Origin: a virus
Lineage: Duplodnaviria > Caudoviricetes
Direction: 5' to 3' (one strand)
IMG/VR virus record: IMGVR_UViG_3300021185_001079
Span: 1-56,383 of that record
DNA: 56,383 bases
Position numbers and translations under genes: made by a program
Part shown: positions 1-9,304 of the stretch, piece by piece
Numbering within the stretch: position 1 is the first letter of the stretch
How the letters are laid out: each line of letters starts with the position of its first letter
Notes under the pieces: generated by a model
What the model saw: the letters and a program-made list of their open reading frames with translations, nothing else
What the model was told of the DNA's origin: nothing
The model's database searches: none

Positions 1-20
1 AATACTATTAGGAGAATAGA

Positions 21-623
21 ATGCCAGTAACAACATTACAAAACTTATCAGTACCTTTCGAGGGCGAGGCTAATTCATCACTGTTAATGCCTAAATTACA
101 GTATCGTTTTAGAGTAGCTTTTGATTTGTTTGGTGCTGATGTAGACAACAGTTTAAGAGTTTTACAAAGACAAGTTGTAGACGTAACCCGTCCTAACTTG
201 ACTTTTGATCAAATTACGCTTGAGGCGTATAACTCAAGAACTTACTTAGCAGGTAAGCATACGTGGGAGCCGATTACGCTAACACTACGTGAAGATGCAA
301 GTAACAACATTCAAAGAGCAGTGGGCAGCCAGTTGCAGAAACAGTTTGATTTCTTTGAACAAGCTAGTGCAACAGCAGCTAGTGATTATAAATTCCACAC
401 TAAGATTGAAATACTAGATGGCGGCAATGGTGATAAAGATCCAATTGTACTTGATAGATTTGAACTTAAAGGATGCTATATTGAATCAGCAAACTACAAC
501 ACTTTGTCATATGCAACAAGTGAAGCAGTTACAGTTAGTTTAAGTATTCGTTATGATAACGCAATACAAAAAGGTACTAATGCTGGAGCAATCACAGGTA
601 TTGGTCAAGAAACAGCTAGATAA
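21..623 (+). CDS. Tail tube protein (T4 gp19-like)
   Basis: Motifs QYRFRV, YLAGKHTWEPITLTLR and LSYATSEAVTVSLSIRYD typical of myovirus tube proteins; AGGAG RBS upstream. Confidence 0.85.
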   Translation: MPVTTLQNLSVPFEGEANSSLLMPKLQYRFRVAFDLFGADVDNSLRVLQRQVVDVTRPNLTFDQITLEAYNSRTYLAGKHTWEPITLTLREDASNNIQRAVGSQLQKQFDFFEQASATAASDYKFHTKIEILDGGNGDKDPIVLDRFELKGCYIESANYNTLSYATSEAVTVSLSIRYDNAIQKGTNAGAITGIGQETAR

Positions 624-643
624 GTTGTATAAAAATAATTAAT

Positions 644-675
644 AAAAACAGGGACTTTTTAGTTCCTGTTTTTTT
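644..675. terminator. Bidirectional intrinsic terminator
   Basis: AAAAACAGGGACT-tttt-AGTTCCTGTTTTTTT hairpin with A and T tracts, just after the tube gene. Confidence 0.8.
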
Positions 676-680
676 ATGGA

Positions 681-686
681 TAAATA
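681..686 (+). promoter_or_regulatory. T4-like late promoter core TAAATA, 4 nt before ATG
   Basis: TAAATA-CTAT-ATG(691); the same geometry recurs at 7006, 9295, 36498 and 41654(-). Confidence 0.7.
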
Positions 687-690
687 CTAT

Positions 691-1818
691 ATGACACAAC
701 AGTTCAATCCTGAGGATAATACTCATTTACGCGATGCACAACATGCAATGAATCTATACAGACAGTATGGATTTGCATTTGCGCCTAAAACAAAATTTTT
801 ATATCATGTTGTTTTCTCTTTGAAAAATGATATAGTTGAAAAAGCTGCACCTTATACTAAGCATTATTTAAAGCAACTTGGTGTACTAGCTAAGTCAGTT
901 GACTTGCCTCAATACAGAGCAAGTGTTGAAACAAGACAACAGTATAATAGAAAAAAGAATATTCAAACTAGATTATCATACGACGAATGTAGAATACAGT
1001 TACATGATGACAATAATCATGCAACGTCAACAATGTTAAAAGAATATTATAATTATTATTTTAGAGACGGACGTATTGATAGTAATCGCATTGAGACTAG
1101 AGACAAACATTCACAAACATTGCGTAATCGTTATGGATTAGACAATGGGCAATTTGATTCATTTTTTAGAAATATAAAAATTTATCAACTTACAAAGCAA
1201 ACATGGTTTTCGTATACACTAGTAAATCCTATGCTTACTAATTGGGGGCACGATTCTTTAGATTACTCTGATGGCTCGGGTATAATGTCAAACTCAATGT
1301 CAGTTGCATACGAAAGTGTAGTTTATAATAACGGTAACATTGACGATGAACCGTTAAACTTTACTGATGCTGAAACAGGTTACGATAATACACCTAGTCC
1401 GTTAGTCGGTGAGTATGACGGCGGATATACGCCTAAGATTATTGCTCAGCCAAAGTTTGCATCAACTACTACAGAATTTGTACAAAATCCTGTAACTAAC
1501 ATTCCGGCTACATCGATATTTGGAAATTTATTTAGAAATAATACAACAGTAACTACTACAAATGCGGTTGGACGTTACAGCACAACAACACCGTCATCGT
1601 TATTAACGCCTTCGGCAATCGGATCGGCGCTTAGTACTAATCCGTCAAAGGTTGCAACACTTGCAACATCGGCAGTGCTATTAGGACTAGTATCAGGCGA
1701 TTCGCCACAAGAAGCAATACGAGATACAGTAGTATCACTTGCAACTAGCGATCCGTCACAAACTTCAACAAATTTTAAATTAGCACAATTAGCAACAACT
1801 ATAATTACACGAGACTAA
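691..1818 (+). CDS. Tail tube-like baseplate protein (gp54/gp48-like tube initiator)
   Basis: Tube-like motifs (AKSVDLP, QYNRK, YTLVNP, LDYSD, VAYESV); next to the tube gene; start placed after the late promoter. Confidence 0.6.
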   Translation: MTQQFNPEDNTHLRDAQHAMNLYRQYGFAFAPKTKFLYHVVFSLKNDIVEKAAPYTKHYLKQLGVLAKSVDLPQYRASVETRQQYNRKKNIQTRLSYDECRIQLHDDNNHATSTMLKEYYNYYFRDGRIDSNRIETRDKHSQTLRNRYGLDNGQFDSFFRNIKIYQLTKQTWFSYTLVNPMLTNWGHDSLDYSDGSGIMSNSMSVAYESVVYNNGNIDDEPLNFTDAETGYDNTPSPLVGEYDGGYTPKIIAQPKFASTTTEFVQNPVTNIPATSIFGNLFRNNTTVTTTNAVGRYSTTTPSSLLTPSAIGSALSTNPSKVATLATSAVLLGLVSGDSPQEAIRDTVVSLATSDPSQTSTNFKLAQLATTIITRD

Positions 1819-1819
1819 T

Positions 1820-2269
1820 ATGACAGAAATTATTACACAACAACCTGACTTAGGGATAAATGCAAACGAATTTGATGCGTTAGTAGGATATTTTACAAAC
1901 AGAGGGTTTCAAGATATTCCTGCTAGAGATATAAGTGGACAATTTATTGAACAAGCGAAAATTGATAACGTTCCTGTATTTGTGCTTATTGATACATTAA
2001 AAAAATTAAATCCTATAGAATTGAATGATATTACAACACAGTTAATAAATTCAAAAAGAGGCAAATCGAGTACAATAGGGTTTAATATTAGACAGCCGGG
2101 TGATAACTTTGACATACGAAACATTGAAAGCTTTTATGCAACCAATGATGCGTTTGTTGAAATGACTGTATCCGTAGACACACCGGTTGTCCAGATTATT
2201 GAAGATTCTGGAGAAGATGATGTTACATACATGCGTCCAGGATATGTAAAACCAAAATATGTAAAATAG
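1820..2269 (+). CDS. Hypothetical virion protein
   Basis: 149-aa ORF tightly packed in the structural operon. Confidence 0.6.
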   Translation: MTEIITQQPDLGINANEFDALVGYFTNRGFQDIPARDISGQFIEQAKIDNVPVFVLIDTLKKLNPIELNDITTQLINSKRGKSSTIGFNIRQPGDNFDIRNIESFYATNDAFVEMTVSVDTPVVQIIEDSGEDDVTYMRPGYVKPKYVK

Positions 2270-2281
2270 AGGGAATTTCAC

Positions 2282-4438
2282 ATGCCATTAATACTACGAC
2301 AAAATAAAGATGTGCCGTTAACACATTCAGAACTTGACGGCAACTTAGGATATTTAGAATCAAGAATAAACGATTTAGTTAGTGAAAATGCAAACTTTAC
2401 TTTATCGTGGACAGAGTTAACAAGTAAGCCCGTATTATTTAGTGGCGACTATAACGACTTAAATAACTTGCCAACATTATTTGATGGTGATTATAATAGT
2501 TTAACAAACCTACCTGGAGTGTTTGACGGCGATTATGATAATCTTACTAATAAACCGTTTTTACCTAGTAATCTTTCTGATTTATCTGATACAAATATTA
2601 CATCACCAAGTGTAGGACACGCTTTATTATGGAATGGAGCACAATGGTGGCCGCAGTCAGTATTTGACGGTGACTATACAAATTTAACAAATACTCCACT
2701 TATACCTAGCAATGTAGAAGATCTTGCAAATATTGCTCCTACAGTTCCAACTTCAGGACAAGTATTAAAATGGGATGGCAGTCAATGGGCACCTGCTGAC
2801 GATGCAATATCGTCAGCTTCTTTAGATGCAGATTTACTAAATGGACAAGCAGGATCATATTATTTAGATTGGACAAACATAACTAATCCACCTGCATTAT
2901 TCGATGGTGAATGGAATTCACTAACTGGCAAGCCAATTATTCCTGAAGTTCTTACACAACTATCAATATCAGACGGTTCTCCGAATCAAGTACTTTCAAC
3001 AGACGGATCAGGAAACTTTTCCTTTGTTGATCAACTAGATACAGGAATTGCATATACTGATTTAAGCGTCGGCGCAGATGATTTAGCAAACGGCCAAGGT
3101 GGAATTGATTACGATAGTTCTACAGGTACTTTTACATACACGCCGCCGGATCTTACAATATACAGTCAATTTAATGGTGATTATAATTCTCTTGCTAACA
3201 GGCCTGCAATCCCAACTAACATTGGTGACTTATCTGATGTAGATAATACTATCCCAGTAGTTGGATATGTTTTAAAATGGTCTGGTACTTCTTGGTCACC
3301 AGCGGCTGATGCAGGAGGTAGCGGTGGCGCTGCTGGTGCATTAAGTATAGCAGGCAATATTGGTATTGGCACAGTAGACATTGATACTCAAACGTTTACT
3401 GTAACAGGTACAGCTAATCAGATTGATACATTAGTTTCAGGACAAGAAGTAACCCTAAGTTTGTCTGATAGTTTAGTACTTGAAGGTTCGATAACTTCAG
3501 ACTTTATAGGGTCAGTATTTGCTGATGATTCAACATTACTTGTTGATGGCGTTAATGGCGCGATACCATGGAGCGTATTAGACGGTACACCAACTACATT
3601 AGCTGGTTACGGAATTACTGATGCCCCGGTTGTAACTGGTCATTCCAATCTTATTGCATGGGACTTATCGGATGCTGCAAATTCAAAAGTATTAGATGCA
3701 GGCACATCGATTGATACAGCATGGTATTACGGTGATGTAGTATCAGATCCTGCTAATCCTAATACAAGTGTAGTGTTAGACATTTCACAGGCTACATTTG
3801 CTGGTAACGTAATGGGCGAAGTACACGGTGATGTTAAACAGGCAGACGGTCTAACACTTATTCTTGACGTAGATGCTGGTGTAGGAACAGCAATGTATTA
3901 CGGTGATGTAACTGGTAATGTAACTGGTAATGTTACAGGTGATGTTACTGGTAGTATTGACGCTTCTGCTGTTGGTAAAACAATTATGGGGGACTTAGAC
4001 GGTAGTGTGCGTACAAGAGATGGCGGCACAGTTATACTTGATGTTGACACCGAGGTATTAAATGCAGAAGTCTCTGGTAATGTTACAGGTAATGTTACAG
4101 GTAATTTAGTTGGTAAAGTTATACATAAATTTACTATCGGAGCAAATGGTACTACTGATTATACATTTAGTGATGCCGATAATCATTGGTTTCCAACTAC
4201 TGAAAATGATCCTGAAATATTTTTGCGTCGAGGCGAAACTTATGAGTTTAATAATACTTCCGGCGCACACCCATTTGAAATTAGAGTATCAAATGGCGGC
4301 GCTGCTTATAGTACCGGTGTTACAAATAATGGTACTATTGGTGTAGTTATATTCAAAGTACCAATGAGTGCGCCGTCAACATTATACTATCAATGCACTG
4401 TACACTCTGGAATGGGCAACACTATTAACATTGTTTAA
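2282..4438 (+). CDS. Tail fibre-like protein with C-terminal cupredoxin-like domain
   Basis: N-terminal PLTHSELDGN anchor; FDGDYNxLTNxP, GxVLKWDG and GNVTG repeats; C-terminal HPF...YYQCTVHSGMG. Confidence 0.75.
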   Translation: MPLILRQNKDVPLTHSELDGNLGYLESRINDLVSENANFTLSWTELTSKPVLFSGDYNDLNNLPTLFDGDYNSLTNLPGVFDGDYDNLTNKPFLPSNLSDLSDTNITSPSVGHALLWNGAQWWPQSVFDGDYTNLTNTPLIPSNVEDLANIAPTVPTSGQVLKWDGSQWAPADDAISSASLDADLLNGQAGSYYLDWTNITNPPALFDGEWNSLTGKPIIPEVLTQLSISDGSPNQVLSTDGSGNFSFVDQLDTGIAYTDLSVGADDLANGQGGIDYDSSTGTFTYTPPDLTIYSQFNGDYNSLANRPAIPTNIGDLSDVDNTIPVVGYVLKWSGTSWSPAADAGGSGGAAGALSIAGNIGIGTVDIDTQTFTVTGTANQIDTLVSGQEVTLSLSDSLVLEGSITSDFIGSVFADDSTLLVDGVNGAIPWSVLDGTPTTLAGYGITDAPVVTGHSNLIAWDLSDAANSKVLDAGTSIDTAWYYGDVVSDPANPNTSVVLDISQATFAGNVMGEVHGDVKQADGLTLILDVDAGVGTAMYYGDVTGNVTGNVTGDVTGSIDASAVGKTIMGDLDGSVRTRDGGTVILDVDTEVLNAEVSGNVTGNVTGNLVGKVIHKFTIGANGTTDYTFSDADNHWFPTTENDPEIFLRRGETYEFNNTSGAHPFEIRVSNGGAAYSTGVTNNGTIGVVIFKVPMSAPSTLYYQCTVHSGMGNTINIV

Positions 4439-4446
4439 GGAAATCT

Positions 4447-4884
4447 ATGGCAAGGTACGCACAAGGTAAGTTTCATATGAAAAACCCTGATAAGTATATG
4501 GGCAATACCTCGCCGACGTATCGCAGTGGCTGGGAATATCATTTTATGAAGTTTTGTGATGACCATCCTAATGTACAAAAATGGGTAAGTGAAGGTATTC
4601 GTATACCTTATAGAAATCCTCTAAGCGGTAAACAAACAATTTATGTTCCTGACTTCTTTATTAGTTATATGGATGTAAAGGGTGCCACACACAACGAACT
4701 TATCGAAGTAAAGCCTAGTAACCAAGCACTAAAAGAAAAAGTTGGCAAATCAAAATACAATCAAGCACACTATGTTATTAATCAAGCCAAGTGGGGCGCA
4801 GCAAGAGCATGGTGTAAACAGAAAGGTGTGATCTTTCGTATTGTAACTGAGCAAGACATTTTTCATACCGGCCGTAGAAGATAG
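4447..4884 (+). CDS. Head completion nuclease (T4 gp4-like, TnsA-type)
   Basis: NPDKYMG, YRSGWE, WVSE, YVPDF, LIEVKP and NQAKW motifs. Confidence 0.9.
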   Translation: MARYAQGKFHMKNPDKYMGNTSPTYRSGWEYHFMKFCDDHPNVQKWVSEGIRIPYRNPLSGKQTIYVPDFFISYMDVKGATHNELIEVKPSNQALKEKVGKSKYNQAHYVINQAKWGAARAWCKQKGVIFRIVTEQDIFHTGRRR

Positions 4885-4915
4885 CGATAAATACTACTAT
4901 AACTAGGTAAGCATT

Positions 4916-5422
4916 ATGACAAAGAAATTAGAAGACCTTTTAAATCTTCCCGACTCTAAAGAAATGATCGAAGAAGCTGAAAAGCAAGATAAAAAAGAAC
5001 AAAAGAAAGAAATCAAATCTCAGGAAAAAACATTCCGTGAAATAGAAGAATTTGATAAAATTAGTTCAGCTCTACCTGCTGTAAAAGGCTTAGGAGAAAT
5101 GGCTGATAGAGAGCTCAATGAAGTTGCTGATAAAGCAATGTCTGCATATGACGATCTAATGGACTTAGGTATGAATGTCGAAAGTCGTTATAGCGGTCGT
5201 GTGTTTGAAGTAGCTGGAAACATGCTCAGAACAAACTTAGATGCTAAGGTTGCAAAATTAGACAAAAAATTAAAAATGGTCGAATTACAACTTAAAAAAG
5301 AAAAAATGGATAAAGATGGCAGTCAGCGCAGTGACGGAGATATTGTTAGCGGAGAAGGCTACGTTGTTACTGATCGCAATAGCTTATTACAGAAGCTTAA
5401 AGGCATAGATAATGATAAATAA
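4916..5422 (+). CDS. Hypothetical coiled-coil protein, possible terminase small subunit
   Basis: Helical 168 aa with RVFEVAGNML segment; late promoter near 4889; lies upstream of terL. Function is inference. Confidence 0.4.
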   Translation: MTKKLEDLLNLPDSKEMIEEAEKQDKKEQKKEIKSQEKTFREIEEFDKISSALPAVKGLGEMADRELNEVADKAMSAYDDLMDLGMNVESRYSGRVFEVAGNMLRTNLDAKVAKLDKKLKMVELQLKKEKMDKDGSQRSDGDIVSGEGYVVTDRNSLLQKLKGIDNDK

Positions 5423-5438
5423 TGTATAAGGAATTACG

Positions 5439-5996
5439 ATGAGATCATTTTCAGAAATATTAAACGAGTCTAAAAAAACATACGAATTTAAAATCGGTAT
5501 TGCAGGTACACTACCTGAAGGATGTGCTGATAGTTTAGAATCATGTTTAAAGAAATATAATTTAACTAGCATATCAAAAGGTAAAGCAACACCTATACAA
5601 GAACGCCCGTTAGATTTCCCGCAACTAAGAAATATGGAAGTTACATATTATGATATTGAAGTTGGATACCCGACAACTACACAAGTATTGCAAAGCTATG
5701 TAGGAAACTGTTGTGGTATACATGAAAGTCATGTGATAGTACGTGGAGCAGATGACCCAAGAATTGAAGAGCAAGAAGCAAAAAACGATGGTCCGTATGA
5801 GACTATCTTAACTAAAGAAGAATTAGGCGGCGAGTCTGGACAGGATGCAGTAGCAGGTAATAGAGTAATGGAGTTACTTAAAGAACTAGAAACTGCACGT
5901 AAGGAACGCGATCATGATCCAATGGAGGCTGCACCAGCAGGTGAGTCTAGCGATATTGATACTTCTGAAAATTCCAAAGCAGTTGTAGGAGGCTGA
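5439..5996 (+). CDS. Hypothetical late protein, possible internal head protein
   Basis: TAAATA and AAGGA upstream; N-terminal ILNES resembles a prohead protease site. Confidence 0.55.
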   Translation: MRSFSEILNESKKTYEFKIGIAGTLPEGCADSLESCLKKYNLTSISKGKATPIQERPLDFPQLRNMEVTYYDIEVGYPTTTQVLQSYVGNCCGIHESHVIVRGADDPRIEEQEAKNDGPYETILTKEELGGESGQDAVAGNRVMELLKELETARKERDHDPMEAAPAGESSDIDTSENSKAVVGG

Positions 5997-6000
5997 TAAC

Positions 6001-6945
6001 ATGAGTATGAAAAAATTAATCGAATCAATGGATAACATTGAAGAGTGTGGCATGAACGCTAGTGCTGATCCAGCAATGGCACCGCAGCCAGCAGACGAAG
6101 GTATGCCGGTCAGTATGAACATTAGCCTTAATGCAAGTGGCGAAAAGAATGTACAAGACTTAATTAAAATGATGAAGAACGCAGGTCTTCAAGATGCAGA
6201 ACCAGTAACACCAGCTATGATGCCAATGCGTCAAGATATGGAAAGACTAAATGCTATCGTAAGTGATCCAGAGGATCAACCAGACATGGAACCGTCAGTA
6301 GGCCAAGAAGAGATGGTTAATGCTGGATACGATAATGCTCCGGACCCAGAGTATAGCGATCATCAAATGATGACTAAAGACTTATCAGGTGGATTAAACA
6401 GAGAAAAAGGTTCACACAAGCCAGTAGCTGGCGGCGACAATCCGATGCAAGAAAGCGGCCAACAAGAAGGTGATTATTATGATGATGATCTTCAAGGCAC
6501 AGTTAATTGGGTATACGACGAAGATGGTGAGTTCCGTGCTACTTTTTCAAAAAGTGGTGATGTAGATACTGAGTTTGGCCCACAAGCACGTGACGAAGAG
6601 TACGAACTTGATGGCGAAGATCTTGAACGTGCTAAAGATAGAGTAGACCAAGATATGCAAGATGCTGAAGATGATCGCGGCGATGCAATGATGCATGCCA
6701 GACAAGACGATATGATGGACGATGACGAAACTACTTATGCTATTAAAGGTAAAAGTCCAGAAGCACAAGGCGAACTTGCTCGTAAAGCAACCGCAATGGA
6801 AAATAGTATCAAATCAAAACTATTTGCAGCACTAAGCGAAAAGAAAAAGCAACCAGATCTAAATCACGACGGCAAGAATGACTTCAAAGATGTTCAGATT
6901 GCACGTAAGAACGCAGCAGCAAAAGCAGCAGCTAAAAAGAAATAA
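6001..6945 (+). CDS. Acidic Met-rich late protein, possible internal head protein
   Basis: Very D/E/M-rich; KKLIES N-terminus; DLNHDGKNDFKD Ca-binding-like loop. Confidence 0.55.
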   Translation: MSMKKLIESMDNIEECGMNASADPAMAPQPADEGMPVSMNISLNASGEKNVQDLIKMMKNAGLQDAEPVTPAMMPMRQDMERLNAIVSDPEDQPDMEPSVGQEEMVNAGYDNAPDPEYSDHQMMTKDLSGGLNREKGSHKPVAGGDNPMQESGQQEGDYYDDDLQGTVNWVYDEDGEFRATFSKSGDVDTEFGPQARDEEYELDGEDLERAKDRVDQDMQDAEDDRGDAMMHARQDDMMDDDETTYAIKGKSPEAQGELARKATAMENSIKSKLFAALSEKKKQPDLNHDGKNDFKDVQIARKNAAAKAAAKKK

Positions 6946-6974
6946 GAACGTTCTACCGACAGAGCGAACGGCCC

Positions 6975-7002
6975 AAATAGCACCTTAGGGTGCTATTTTT
7001 TT
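6975..7002 (+). terminator. Intrinsic terminator
   Basis: AAATAGCACC-ttag-GGTGCTATTTTTT. Confidence 0.85.
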
Positions 7003-7015
7003 GGTTAAATATAAT

Positions 7016-7717
7016 ATGAACATTAGTATAGAGAAAACACCTAAGCAAGTTTTATCTCACTATGCAGTTGATACCGCAAGTGCAGTTAGCATAACACATT
7101 TGCCAGGTACACACTTATCAAAAGTAAAAGACGCTGCTATTGAACTAAATGAAATTGCAGGTAGTGCAAAAGCTGTAATGCATATAGGTGCTAGAAATAT
7201 TCAGACTGAATCTGAATTACATGAAACGTGTATTGCTGCAAAGAAAGCCGGCATTGATAAAATATTGTGTATAGGCGGCAGTACATATGAAGGTAAAGTA
7301 TACCAAACTGTATTTGACTTATACGATCAATTAGCACCGTACGGATTTGAATTATCCTGTGGTGTATATCCTCAATCAGAAAGTTTTAACAATGTAGAGT
7401 GGGTACGCTACAATAAGTTCAGAGGTGGCGGCATATCGCAGTTGTGCTTTAACCCTAAGATACTAAACAATTGGATTAAGAAAACCAAGATAGGTGTGCC
7501 TAGTAATTGTAGTCTAAAAGGCTTATATAAATATATTAGACTATGTGGGTTGACCGATAGTTTAGCACATGCACTAGGTAATCTAAAAGGTATGCGGTAT
7601 GTAACTACTGACGGATTTAACACAGTTAAGTTTGTAAACGATCTTAATGGACAAGATATTCATGTCTACAATTTTGGAAAACTAGACCAAACATTAATGC
7701 AGTTGGAGTTTAAATGA
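7016..7717 (+). CDS. Methylenetetrahydrofolate reductase-like FAD oxidoreductase (MetF-like)
   Basis: ITHLPG, HIGARNI, ILCIGG, GVYPQ and ISQLCFN align in order with alphaproteobacterial MetF-like motifs; start follows TAAATA-N4. Confidence 0.6.
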   Translation: MNISIEKTPKQVLSHYAVDTASAVSITHLPGTHLSKVKDAAIELNEIAGSAKAVMHIGARNIQTESELHETCIAAKKAGIDKILCIGGSTYEGKVYQTVFDLYDQLAPYGFELSCGVYPQSESFNNVEWVRYNKFRGGGISQLCFNPKILNNWIKKTKIGVPSNCSLKGLYKYIRLCGLTDSLAHALGNLKGMRYVTTDGFNTVKFVNDLNGQDIHVYNFGKLDQTLMQLEFK

Positions 7718-9294
7718 GTAAATCACTTGACGGTGTTCTTATTAAAAAAGCAAATAAGCAAGAACAATATACCGAAGAACAAATAGATCAGTTACTAAAA
7801 TGTATGGATCCTGATACCGGATATTTGTATTTTGCTGAACACTTTGCATACATTCAACACCCAGTCAAAGGTAAGTTATTATTTAAACCTTTTGAATACC
7901 AGCTAGGACTAATGCACTCGTACCATAACTATCGATTTAACATCAATATGATGCCTAGACAAACAGGTAAGACTACGTGTGCCAGTATATACTTAGCATG
8001 GTATGCTATGTTTGTACCAGATCAAACATGTCTTATTGCTGCACACAAGTATACAGGTGCCCAAGAGATTATGTCTCGTATACGCTTTGTTTATGAAAGT
8101 TGTCCTGATCATATTAGAGCAGGTGTTACAAGTTACAACAAAGGTTCAATAGAGTTTGAAAATGGAAGTCGAATAGTTAGCCAAACAACAACAGGCAACA
8201 CAGGACGTGGTATGTCAATTTCATTACTATACTGTGACGAATTTGCATTTGTTATGCCTAATATTGCTGAAGAGTTTTGGACTTCGATATCACCTACACT
8301 TGCAACAGGTGGCCGTGCTATTCTTACAAGTACACCAAACTCAGACGAAGACACGTTTGCTACTATTTGGAAACAAGCTGAAGATAAATTCGACGAGCAC
8401 GGTAACGAACAAGAGCTAGGGTCAAATGGATTTCACTCGTTTATTGCACACTGGAGCGAACATCCTGATCGTGACGAAGAATGGAAAAAGGCTGAAATTG
8501 GACGTATTGGCGAAGAAAAGTTTCGTCGTGAATACGGTTGCGAGTTCTTAGTCTTTGACGAAACATTAATTAACAGTCTTAAACTTGTTAATATGGAAGG
8601 TATATCACCGATTACAAATATGGGTCAAGTACGCTGGTACAAGAAGCCTACAAGTGATTATACATACTGTATCGCATTAGATCCGTCGATGGGAACCGGG
8701 GGCGACTATGCTGCAATACAAGTATTTGAATTACCAACATACAAACAAGTTGCTGAATGGCAACATAATACAACTGCTATACCTGGGCAGATTAAAGTTC
8801 TATCAGAAGTATGTAAATACCTCGTAGAACAAACTCAAAACCCGCAGGGAATTTATTGGAGCGTAGAGAACAATGGTATAGGCGAGGCTGCGTTAATCGT
8901 TATAAACGACTTTGGAGAAGAGAACATTCCGGGTTTGTTCGTCAGTGAGCCTATACGTAAAGGACATGTCCGTAAATTCCGCAAAGGATTTAATACTACA
9001 CATAGTACAAAAATTACTGCATGTAGTAGACTAAAGACTATGATTGAAAATGACAAAATGCATGTAAAAAGCAAGCCATTGATATCAGAATTAAAAAACT
9101 TTGTTGCAACATCAACTTCGTATATGGCAAAGCCTGGAACAACAGATGACCTAGTAAGTGCAACACTTCTTGCCCTCAGAATGATGGCAGTACTTAAAGA
9201 TTGGGATCCTCGAGTTTACGATTCGTTTAATCAAGCTGATGATTATGACGACTATGATATGCCAATGCCAATCTTCATTAGCAGCAATTATTGA
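7714..9294 (+). CDS. terL: Terminase large subunit (T4 gp17-like)
   Basis: PRQTGKTT Walker A, YCDEFAF Walker B, TSTPN coupling motif; nuclease motifs LDPSMG, VENN, DDLV. Confidence 0.97.
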   Translation: MSKSLDGVLIKKANKQEQYTEEQIDQLLKCMDPDTGYLYFAEHFAYIQHPVKGKLLFKPFEYQLGLMHSYHNYRFNINMMPRQTGKTTCASIYLAWYAMFVPDQTCLIAAHKYTGAQEIMSRIRFVYESCPDHIRAGVTSYNKGSIEFENGSRIVSQTTTGNTGRGMSISLLYCDEFAFVMPNIAEEFWTSISPTLATGGRAILTSTPNSDEDTFATIWKQAEDKFDEHGNEQELGSNGFHSFIAHWSEHPDRDEEWKKAEIGRIGEEKFRREYGCEFLVFDETLINSLKLVNMEGISPITNMGQVRWYKKPTSDYTYCIALDPSMGTGGDYAAIQVFELPTYKQVAEWQHNTTAIPGQIKVLSEVCKYLVEQTQNPQGIYWSVENNGIGEAALIVINDFGEENIPGLFVSEPIRKGHVRKFRKGFNTTHSTKITACSRLKTMIENDKMHVKSKPLISELKNFVATSTSYMAKPGTTDDLVSATLLALRMMAVLKDWDPRVYDSFNQADDYDDYDMPMPIFISSNY

Positions 9295-9304
9295 TAAATA
9301 CATT

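Noticed and set aside
3900-4110. GGTAATGTTACA-type DNA repeats as a DGR or regulatory array
   Set aside because: They encode GNVT protein repeats of the fibre, and no reverse transcriptase is present.
9239-9304. Upstream start extensions (676, 7001, 9239, 36454)
   Set aside because: They run across late promoters or upstream genes; the TAAATA-N4-ATG starts fit better.
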